Below are positions 12,801-23,680 of a DNA stretch of 64,000 nt, piece by piece. Numbering within the stretch: the first letter of the stretch is position 1; each line of letters begins with the position of its first letter. The notes beneath the pieces were generated by a model. The model was not told where the DNA came from. It worked only from the letters and a program-made list of their open reading frames with translations, and ran no database searches. Position numbers and translations under genes: made by a program. Origin of the DNA: Intoshia linei (taxonomy: Eukaryota > Animalia > Orthonectida); NCBI GenBank assembly GCA_001642005.1, contig LWCA01000009.1:1-64000 (forward strand), written 5' to 3'.

Positions 12801-15800
12801 CGAGAACCATTGGTCTAAGATGTATCTAAGATTTCTATCGACATAATCATCGATTTTCAAATTCACAATATTATTGATTTTTTCATGAAATTTTTGTGGG
12901 TTTCTTTAAGTAAAATGGCCAGAAAAATACGTAATATAAATTTTAGTTTATTTGGAATAAATTTTAAGCCGAAAAATTGTGTTCGTATCATAGATTAGTA
13001 ATTTTGGCTTTACAATGTAAAGTTTATATTTAACACCAAATAAACTAAAATATAGTACGTATTTTTTCTGGCCATTTTACTTTAACTTAAAAACATAAAA
13101 CATAATTGCATGATAATATTGGTCGTATTTAATTTTTTTCAATTGTCATATTGTTGGACAGTGCTATTACATTTGTATTTTTTAATGAATTGTAATTAAA
13201 GGTTTGCTTGTATTTGGTATTACATTGGCGAATGGGAAGCTCAAGAAGGGATAAAACACGGATGGCTTCACAGATTAGGAGTCGACGTTCAACAACCATA
13301 TGATGAATTGACCATCAATGGAACAATTAAATATATTAACGGACCCGATACGCAGACAGCTTACATTACTGCTCTATATTTTACACTTTCTTGTATGACT
13401 AGTGTCGGATTTGGAAATGTTTCACCTGATGCCAATTATGAAAAAATTTTCACTATTTGCATGATGATTTTAGGATGTAATTTACCCTTATTTTCAGTAT
13501 TTTATTTTGATTAATGTTTTATTTTGTAGCATTATTTTACGCAACGATATTTGGAAATGTAACAACAATATTCCAACAAATGTATTCTTCGATGGGAAGG
13601 TACCATGAAATGACCAATAGTGTCAGAGAATTTATGAAACTACACAATATACCACGAGCTACAAGCGAAAGGGCATTAGATTACATTGTGTCGACGTGGT
13701 CCATGTCAAAGGGAATAGATACTCAAAAAGTATTAAACTACTGCCCAAAGGATATCAAAGCCGATATTTGCGTGCATATGAGCCGTGCCGTTTTCAACCA
13801 ACACCCAGCTTTTCGTTTAGCTTCTGATGGTTGCTTAAGAGCTCTAGCAACTTGTTTGGTTTTGGTGCATTCTGCGCCAGATGATTTAATATACCATCAA
13901 GGTGAAAGTGTGGATGCTTTATGTTTTGTGGTGAACGGATCTATAGAAGTCAGGCAGGACAATGAATTGGTTGCAATATTGAGTAATTTTTAGGAAATTA
14001 AACGCAGAGATTTAGTATTTACATGTTTTCCTTGAGCAGGTCCTGTCATTGTGTCATGCATTGAACGGCGAACATTAAGTTGAGCTATACATCTTAGACT
14101 CGAAAGCAACGTAATCATAAATTTTTTCCTAATTAATCATATTATTGATTTTTTGAACAAATTTTTGTTAATTACTTCAAGTAAAAATTGTTTTTAAGGA
14201 AAAATTGTTTCACCCAATTTTTAAAGATTTTGAAGATAATTTTTGGACCAAAATTTGATAGGGTTTTTAAGGGAACATTTTTTAAATATTTTGAAGATAA
14301 TTTTTCGGTTAAAATTTTGTAGTGTTTTTAATATTTTTGTGTAGGGAATATTTTTAACATTTTAAGGGGTCTTCAAAATCTTTAATAATTGGGTGAAAAA
14401 ATATTCCCTTAAAAACCCTTCAAAATTTTTGTCGAAAAATTATTATCAAAATCGTTAAGAATTGGGTTGAAGAAAGTGTAGAAATCCCTATACTAGTATA
14501 TACTCACCTTGAAAAAATGAGGGAACATTTACATAAATTGCGTCGATACCGTTGAGTTCTGGATACATTATTGTAGGTAAGTTTGGCTCTAATTATGTCT
14601 AAGTAAAGATATTACAATAATTAATATGAAAGGACTCTATTGAAATTTATTAGATTTTATTATACGAATAAACTAAAGCTAACCAACCCAAGAAGTCAAT
14701 TCCATTTAGGTTACCATGTCTCTATTTCGCCAAATTTTATCTACAACTAGCTTGACTGTTATGTACTTCGTACAAACAGCATCCTGGCTCTACCGAAAGC
14801 GGACATTTTTATTCTACCAGAAAAATGAATTCAATAAGCAAATGTAACCTTAAAATGCTACTAGTTAGTATTATCAATCATTTAAAGGAGTGGTTCCAAA
14901 CTTGTTACACGTGGACCCGTCATATAACATTACATTTTAATATAAAGTGAATAATTCCACGTTAAATTTTTTTTGTAAAATTTGTGTAAAGAATTTTTAA
15001 AAAAATTGTTATCCTATTTTTTTAATTTATTAGACAAAATATTAACTTATATAAAAGGCAACGCGATACTTGTTTGTGTGTCTGTCTGTCCTACTTTAAT
15101 GAAATAACTAGCACTCTTAGAATTTTTTAAAGACCACATTTCTAATACAGTTTTTTCCGGGACGTATAATAAAATAAATTTCAACCTCCTAATTTCACAT
15201 CTTAAAGGTCAAAAACCCGTGTTGTCCCTTCTTTTGAAAATTAAACGAGTTGGAGAATTTAAAAAAAATTGCAGGTGGTAGAGTTGTATCATGTTAACAC
15301 ACATAAAAAATTTCAATCCGAATAACTGACGACTTCACGGTCAAAAAAACATTTTAGTATTCATATATTTTTTTTCCGAAATATTTTATTAAAACCATAT
15401 AACCATAAACCATAAAACCATATTTACAGGATTGATAATAGTGAATAGTATAATTTTTAAGTTAGATTTTCAACATGAATTTATTTTTTTGGTATAATAA
15501 AAGAGTGCTTTCGGCAGAGCTAGGTGCTGTTTGTACGTAGTACAAAACTGCCAATCTAGTGTTTGTATAATATTAAAAATAAAGTAAAAACAGTCCAATC
15601 CTAAAAATTGTAAAAACCTATGCTACCTACGTAATATGCACAATTTGCCTATAAAATTATTTTATAGATAAAAATGATGTTTTTGGTGATAATTTTTGGA
15701 AGGTAAAAAACAAGCAATATAAATATTATTACTAATAATATTAATTAGCATAACGACATTGGACAATCTATGGCCAACGTAAAAGCTTTAACATATGTGG

Positions 15801-16565
15801 ATATGCATATAATAAAATGGGAGAAATTATTGGAAATTTTCAATTTTTACAAAGCATTTTCAAATTCATTTTCTCGAAACATTACAATAACTTACAATTT
15901 GAGAAATAGAGTAATAATTTTAAATCAAATATCAAATATAAATTTAGTTTCATTTTCGAAAAATAGTGGACGTAAAACGAGAAAAAAGAATTTCAGAAGA
16001 AAACAAAAACAAACCGGACACGGTAGATAAAAATCAAATAAAAAATTACATCTTGACAAAAATGAGACGATTGAGTGACGTGAACGGTAAATCAAGAAAT
16101 TTTAAAACGAACGAATCAAAAATGTCAAGTGCCTTCAAGTCTCGTAACAGTTCATTTATCGGAATGCAAGAAAATAAACCAGCTTTAACAGACTACTTTT
16201 TAAAACGTCGGACATCAAATACTTTAACTTCTTTTAAACCTATTGGCAAGAGAAAATTCTTAAAACTGAAAAATGAAGACATTGAACAAAACAATGTAAT
16301 CAATTCTAAATTAGATATACCTAATGAAGAAAATCCAGAAAAAACCACGTCTTTATTTAATTTACTGCGAAAAGAATCCGAACCAGAAATTAACAATGAT
16401 GTTATAAATGAACTTAAAGTTTTAAAGCTTATTCAAAAAGGTTTGAAATTTGATAAAGAATCTTATAATGACATTATCAATTATACTAAAAAGTATCTTT
16501 CTTACAAAAAAAAATACATTGATAATGTTCTCAACCAACTCGATGCTCTCAAAGATAATCAATAG
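9872..16565 (+). CDS. eag: Ether-a-go-go (Kv10/KCNH1-type) voltage-gated potassium channel
   Basis: N-terminal [15 protein letters not shown] and PAS domain ([11 protein letters not shown]), S4 [19 protein letters not shown], pore [16 protein letters not shown]-linker/[18 protein letters not shown]...[12 protein letters not shown]...ANVKALTY. The S4-to-C-terminus exons join in phase via GT-AG introns. Confidence 0.95.
10829..10997. mobile_element. hAT-type MITE in an eag intron
   Basis: TIRs CAGGGATTCTCAACCT / AGGTTGAGAATCCCTG. Perfect 8-bp TSD ATTTAGAC at 10821-10828 and 10998-11005. Confidence 0.9.
11105..11297. mobile_element. hAT-type MITE in an eag intron
   Basis: Imperfect TIRs CAATGGTTTTCAACC / GGTTGAAATCCACTG with internal GGGTCGCGA motifs. 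Perfect 8-bp TSD GTATAAAT at 11097-11104 and 11298-11305. Confidence 0.88.
11638..11995 (-). mobile_element. Helitron 3' terminal fragment in an eag intron
   Basis: CTAG terminus plus the GTACTACGTAC hairpin. 11690-11990 closely matches 18890-19190. Confidence 0.75.
12908..13082. mobile_element. Palindromic MITE with long TIRs and TTAA-like flanks
   Basis: AAGTAAAATGGCCAGAAAAATACGTA...TTTTAGTTTATTTGG at left is mirrored by CCAAATAAACTAAAA...TACGTATTTTTTCTGGCCATTTTACTT at right. Partial relatives occur at ~31190-31257 and ~33700-33780. Confidence 0.75.
14190..14470. repeat. Foldback-like inverted array of ~70-bp subrepeats
   Basis: The unit TTTTGAAGATAATTTTT...AAAATTT...GTTTTTAA occurs twice on the left arm. 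Its reverse complement (CTTCAAAATCTTTAA...TTGGGTGAAA...TTCCCTTAAAAACCCT) lies on the right arm. Confidence 0.65.
14747..15612 (-). mobile_element. Helitron fragment interrupted by a second Helitron copy
   Basis: Starts with the CTAG/hairpin end at 14747. Similarity to the 8436 copy breaks at 15039 and resumes at 15560. Confidence 0.75.
15040..15559 (+). mobile_element. Complete 520-bp non-autonomous Helitron
   Basis: 5' TATTAACTTATATAAAAG followed by a GTCT microsatellite. 3' hairpin TGTTTGTACGTAGTACAAAAC plus CTAG. Inserted between A15039 and T15560 with no TSD. Confidence 0.82.
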
Positions 16566-16878
16566 TGGACATTTTGTTGATGTATTTATTAAAAAATTTT
16601 ATTAATTAATTTTTTTAAAGTCTAAATATTTTAATTGTTTAAATTAGTTAATATAACTAATCAAATCTATGATGCGTCAAATAAATTGATTATTTACTTG
16701 TTAATTAAATATCGACATATTGAAAATGTCTTAAATTAACTTAATAATAATAACAAAACTAGTCAAGAATCCAAATAAAATTGATTAGTTCAAAATAGGA
16801 TGTAATTTAATTTTTTTGATAATTATCGAACATTTTTTATATCTATTGTATCAAACAATTACATTGTATTTATAAACT

Positions 16879-19800
16879 ATGCACCGCAACATTTATTGTA
16901 TCAATTTTTTCACATTGGTCAAAAATTTTTCTAGTCAAGACATTTTACATATTGATTCAAATTATATTTTCAATTCTTACTCTGTTGTCAAATTTGGGAA
17001 ATATCATATAATATTAATTATTATATACATTTTTTTGCTGTTTTGGTTGTCTATGGGAATGTTTATTTGCGGTTAATAGTTGTTATATAGGGAGTATATA
17101 TGTTCATTTTAGAAGGAGTCATCATGTCTTCATGTGGCAATTTTTTAAAATATATCAACAAAAATATCATTTTTAAAAGAAGGTTTAAAATTAATGATTG
17201 GTTGTATTCTTTATTGGTATTATGCTGTGCTCAAAAGTCCAAAGAAATTGTTATATGCATTGTCGAAGTTATTATAAACGAATTTTGTTTTAACAAGATC
17301 GGTTTCAATATTATTTTATGTAATTACATTGCACACTAATCTGTAGTTGACATTTTTAGTTATTTTTCATTTTATTATTTATTTAGCGTCATCTGCATAT
17401 CTATTGTTAATTAATCAAGCAATATGTATTATTAGCATACCAAAGAATAAAGTAAAACCAATTCATAACTCTCATTTCATTGGAATAACATTTATTTTCA
17501 ATACGATATCATTTCTTTCATTGATCATTTTTTTTAATGTCCACACAAAAAGCGAAGTGAATATTGGAGAATCATCTTTTTTTATTGTATTAATACCTCT
17601 TCTCTTTCTTTTTATTGGAATTTCAAATATCAAAAAGAAAATTTTCCCAAAATCAAAATTCATGCATTCAATTTGTATTTTTTTAAATTTTTGCAGTGGT
17701 TCTCGAATGGTCCATCAAAATTTCAAATTTATACAAATTATGAAATAAAAAGTTGTATTAATTGTACAATGTACATCGATATTACTAACTAAATGTATTG
17801 ATTCATTTTTTTACCAACGTGTACGTAGATTTTCTCAGATTGAACTAGGGCGCATTGTTGCACCGTTTTAGAACCGTTGATGTAATGTATTCATTTGGAA
17901 TAATATGTCCATCATGTTCAATTAAAATTTTTAATATTGTAATTATGCCTGGTTCAATAAATGAGATGATGGCCAAAATTAGATTTTAGAATATTTAAGA
18001 ATTTAGAAAAAAATAAGTATAGATACATGTATGAAAAAAGTATGACACCAATAAATTATAATTAATTAACACTTTGAATTAGTCCTTTCGGTAGACCGCA
18101 AAAATCTTACTACGAGTTACACTCTAAACCTGATTACCGTAGATTATTTATTATATCCGTTTTAATCAAAATAATTATAAATCTAATATTATAGTTTACA
18201 TTTATTTATTGTTATGAAATTTTTTTAGATTATCAAAGATACAAACAAGATATTAGGCTAAATAAATGGGAGGAAATAATTTTGGTAAAATTTTATTAAT
18301 TATTAGATAGAGATGGATACAAATCATAGATATAAATCAAAAAAATTAAAAAATATATATTAAATAAATAAAAAATTATCTTTTGGTGGATATTTGATTG
18401 AATCTCTATTTAAAAACCAAAATTCTTCAAATTTTAAAAATACCAATTTCAAGATTACTTTCTCCTATCTAATATTTATCATTAGTATGGATCTCAGAAC
18501 TTTCATTTTCACGGTAAAAACGCAAATAAAAGCAAAAGTCGCTAACCTTTTTTCGTGGTATACTCCTAATTAATAATTTTAAATTATAAACTTTGAAATA
18601 CAATTTTAACAACCTACAGCAGGGTTTCCAACCTTTCTTCAGTTGATTCCCCTCTTCCACAATAGATCGACAAAGCTTTTTAAAATGGTGGCCTCATTTT
18701 TCCTAACTGAACATTAAAAAATTACATTCTTAAATATCATAAGTTATGATTCTAGACTATTTTGTTGGTTCAACTAAAATTATCATGTCAAAAGTTATGG
18801 ATGGGTGACTAGGGCTATATCACATTAAAATTCTACCTTACATTACAGTACTATGTACAAACAGCATCTAGTTCTGCTGAGAGCGGACTTATCTAATTGT
18901 ACCAAAAAAATAAATCAAATAATAAAATCTTAATTAAAAATGCTACTCATTATTGACAATCATTTAAAGAAGTCATTCCTAGACTTGAATTTCACATTAC
19001 CTTTTAATTTAATTAGAATGAATAATTCCCACTTAATTTTATTTGGTTAGCATTTTTGTATAGAATTTTAAAAACAATTTTGTCATCCCATTTATTCAAT
19101 TTATTAGAGATAATGAGTGTATAATCTTATATAGTAATAATACCCAAAATAGTAAATACAAAAATTGTCAAATTAGCTTAAATTCCATAAAAACAATTAT
19201 CCCATTTTTTTAATTTATTAGACAGAATGTGTGTATAACATTAAAAATAAAGTAAAAACAGTCCAATCCTAAAAATTGTCATAAATAGCATAAATTCCAG
19301 AAAAAATAAAATTATAAAAACCTATTTTGTCATTTTATTGTGATGACATACAAATGTATATTCAGTACCAATTTAATAAATACTTAAAAATACCAATTGT
19401 GTATCAATAATTAATAGAATCTTCACTTTATAAATATTTCAGTCAAATTTTACCATTATTGCAAAGGATTGTAATATAAAAATGATTAATGTTAAAAATG
19501 TGTCCATACTTGTGGCCTTTTTTCTTGTTTTATAAAAAAATTGGATTTTCTACTGAAAATTTTCTTAAATGTAAATCAGAATGAATACAGTATGATGATT
19601 AATTAAAAAAACATTTATCTTATCTATTTCGGATATCATGATTTTCTTGAAACTTATTGATACGTCTCATCTTCTTAACTTTGGCATTTTTTCTTATGAA
19701 TGTTGCTTTTCTTTATGATTATTATCTTATGTCAATTTAATTCAAATTTGTATGAGTAAAAAAATAACACGTTTTCAGTTAGTATAAATTTAATTTTATA

Positions 19801-22616
19801 TTTTATATTACGTTGTTGTAGTGTCATAAATTAATTAAAGTTTACAAAATTTTTTGAAAATAAAAATTTGAAGTTTAAAAATTGCGTATCAATGAAAAAA
19901 ATACCGAAGGAATGAATTATATAGATTTTCACCCATATGTCTTTATTGGAAATGTGTAGACGTACAATGCACATTTTTTTTAAAATTGTAAGATCAATAT
20001 TTACATTTTTAATTTTTGATTTTAATCGAAATATTTGAAAAATATTGGTTGATAATATATTAAAAATTATTTTTCACCGGGAATGCGTAGATTTCAAGGG
20101 TTGAAATTTTGTATCTATATCAACTGGAATAAGCTGTATCAGAATAATCTTTTATTTTAATTTTCGGATCGTTAATTATTTTACATTTTTTGTTTTAATA
20201 AAATATTTCGGAAAAAAAATATATGAATACTAAAATTTTTTTTGACCGTGAACTCGTCACTTATTCGGATTGAGTTTTTTCTGTGTGTGTAGGATATAAC
20301 TGTACCACCTGTAAATTTTATTAAATTCTAAGTTTTTGACCCTGACGATGCAATTTCTGGAAGTAAAAATAATCATAGTTGAATTGAAAATATTTCATAT
20401 TAACAAGTAAAGAAATGGTTACACACGCGGAAAAACACACAAACATAAAGTTTTATATAAATAAGGTTTTTATGATTTTTTTGAATAGTTTCTTAACTTC
20501 CATTATATTTGTACAATGTACAATTTGATTGCCTGCACTAATAGAGTTACATGTATTACTTTTTATATATTTATTTATTTTTTAAATAGAAATGTATCAA
20601 AGAGTTTCCGGATATACCGGTAGAAAATTTGGGTGCTATAATCATTAGTTATTTTAAAAATACTGTATACGACCCATTAAAATACATAAAAATGGTTATT
20701 CCATACAAACTAGAATCACACGAATCACAATTCCAAATGGAAAATAACATTAGTCACGTAATATTAATGTCCACCCTTTCTATAAACTAAAACATAGATA
20801 TATTCTCTAATGAAAGGAAAATTAGAAAACGTTACACAATATAACAATGTATTAACCTATAAAGATTTAATAAAAAAAATAAAAAATATATCCATTATAA
20901 ATTTTTCAAATAAACAAGTAAATGTTAAAATTGGTCAAAAATTGATAACCATACAATTGAAAAGATTAATGAATAATGCGGGAAAATCAATTATCGCGTA
21001 ATATATGGTATATTTTATTATTAAGCCTTGTGTACAATTTAGAATCGACGAACCTGATAAATGCAATTACACGTTTAAAAATGCAATCAAGTTTGCTCCA
21101 AAGGAAAAAACTAAATTAATAAAATTAATAAGTAATTTTTAAATATCAAATTATAATGGTGTTGAAGACTATTAGTCTATTATTAGGGAAAGAAAAGTGT
21201 GAATGTCACGATTTTAAAATATATTTGTCATTGATTTCAAATAAAAAGAAAAATACAATTATTGGTCATAATAACAAATTAACGATTCATTTTGAAACTG
21301 GTACATTTTTTGATTCTACATTACAAAATTTTAGCTCCATCAAATGGTATATTTGAATTTCAAAGAATATTCCAATTTTTTAAAAAAACAAAAAAACACA
21401 TTAATTTCACAATTTTAAGAAACAATACAAAACGCAAAGAATGGATAAAATGGGAAATGATCACGATAGATGACGTAAGTCATGATAAAATAATTGGTTG
21501 TTGTGTTTTTCATCCATTTGATGAGAACAAAAGGGTCTTTGTCGATATCACCGAATTTAAGGTAATTTAAATTTAATTTAAAAGTTTAATTCAATTATAT
21601 TCATACTTTTAGAAATATTTTTATTTTTTAATAACTTTAACCCAAGTTTCAGTGGGTTGCTCAATTGGATGTAGAAAATATACTACAATCGTTAGATTAA
21701 ATGGTTATTATTTTTAAATTTTACAATAAGACTTGAGTACAAGATCATTATTTTGATAGATGTCAAACTGTATAGCAAAAAATACAATATACTAAAACAT
21801 GCAAACTTGGCTTTTGATCATCTTAACAAAACTTCGTTATTGGACAATATGAAAAAATCGTGTATTATAAATGGCAACAATTCAGGGACAATTAGAGGAG
21901 TTGATTATTGTATACACTTTTTTTCTTTTTATTGGAAGGTATAATTGATTTTGCTAATCAAATCAAGTTATAATAATTAGGTTTTATTTTCCACCATTAT
22001 ACCAATCACCTATACGGAGGGATTACTTCAAGCTACTCTTGGTTTTCTCTATATGGCAGTACTTTCAATATTCATGATACATACAATTTACATGTTATCC
22101 TTTTTGGTAGGAGTACATCCCGTCTTAATTTCCATTACAATTGTTCAAATACTTTTGAATACTCCTCATATATGTTCAAACCGACTCAATTGTATAAATG
22201 AGTTAAATGCCGATTTGGCCATTGGAAATAGTTATGCTTGTAGTACAATTTCCCTTCTATTTGGAGTCGGTACATCTTGGATGATTTCTACAATTTACTG
22301 GAATATTAAAGTAAATGCATTATTATAGTTATTATAATGTTCAGCGGTTTAACGAGAAAATAATCTATATTTATAATATAAATTAATTTATATTATATAT
22401 TAGGAAATTTCCTTCAAACCTCAGAATACTCATATATATAAAGCCATTATTTGTTATCTCGCCATTAGTGCAGTGTGCACTTTTATATTTGCTGTAAAAC
22501 TAAAATTTACCAAAAACGTTAATGGATCAAATTTCTGGAAATACGGATATTCATTTTTTCTCGTATTATGTTGGTTTCTTTACATGTTTATTCACATATA
22601 TACATTGTACATATAA
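16879..22616 (+). CDS. Highly divergent Na+/Ca2+ exchanger (SLC8/NCX)-like gene, possibly non-transporting or decaying
   Basis: KEIVICIVEV...IGFNIIL|SSSAYLL...AICIISIPKNKVKPI...SEVNIGES parallels NCX TM2-5. The C-terminal DYCIHFFSFYWK|VLFS...ADLAIGN...LFGVGTSWMISTIY and final TM FLVLCWFLYMF parallel NCX TM6-10. The central loop exons are only partly resolved. Confidence 0.72.
18848..20465 (-). mobile_element. Near full-length (~1.6 kb) Helitron family copy in an intron of the NCX-like gene
   Basis: Eroded 3' hairpin (GTACTATGTACAAACAG) at ~18848. Internal blocks match 11690-11990, 8680-8940, 30550-30730 (reverse) and 3312-3815. A 5'-like TTATATAAAA...TGTGTG end lies near 20460. Confidence 0.72.
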
Positions 22617-23680
22617 AATACAACTTATATATTTATTTTCTTTGAAATCTAACAATTATTCACCAATTGCTACATCTATATCATTATTTCGTTCAAAATT
22701 AAATATACCATATCAAAAAACCACATCGGAAACTTTTTATATAAAATATTTTTAAATCTTATATTAGTTATTAGAAAAATAAATATTAACTTTTTATTCT
22801 ATAACTCGCCATTCATTTAAAATATAAGTTTTAAAACCATTTCTCAAATTTAGTTACCATTTTATGTACGTAAGTTTTAAATCACTTTGAAATTTAAACT
22901 GCTTCTAAATCTCTAAACAAAACTTGAAATTTAATAAGGACGATGGTTAATACTTTTAATAATGCGAAAATAAATTTCAGTTTGGCAAAATTGAAATAGT
23001 ATATTTTTTTTTGGTAAACGCCCTATATAAACCATTCGATTATTTTGAATGATTCATAATGTAGTATCGATGTATCTAGTATATATCCATATATGTAGAG
23101 GTCGTCTCGATTTTGGGATAATCAACATCTACAACTGTAGAAACTCTAATAATTATCAAAAATTCTATAAAAATAAACGAAAGTTGATGAAAATTTTTCT
23201 ATATTTTATTTTAATCTCGAGCCCCAGGCATATAATTTGAACTCCAATCTGGAACCAGAGTTTTAATGTATACTTTTTTTATAAAAAATTCCTCGTAAAC
23301 GTAATGAGATTTTTTTCAGGACGAATTATTGCGTTAAAGAGGAATTAGCCAGTATGTTAAATATTATATTGAAGCTCTGTCATAGTCTATGATGACCACA
23401 AAATTTTTTCTGTGGTTCTTGGTATTAAATTTACATCTTTACTTAATGTTTTTGAAAAAGTGATAATTGTTTCTAATAAAAGTAATAAATCTAATAATAA
23501 AATTAATGGAAAGTGTATTATTACAACATTAAAATATTCAACAATTTTTAAATTAATGACCACCACCTAAATTTAAATTAAATAAAAACATACAAAATTA
23601 TACATTGTACAACAAAGACTCTACAAAAAAACCATACAATTTCCAAATTCTTAAATACTATTTTCTCTATATTCAGAATC

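Noticed and set aside
22940-23570. Possible C2-domain-like gene (TPIWNQSF, VYDDH...LG)
   Set aside because: Frames are interrupted by stops and could not be joined by consistent splice sites.
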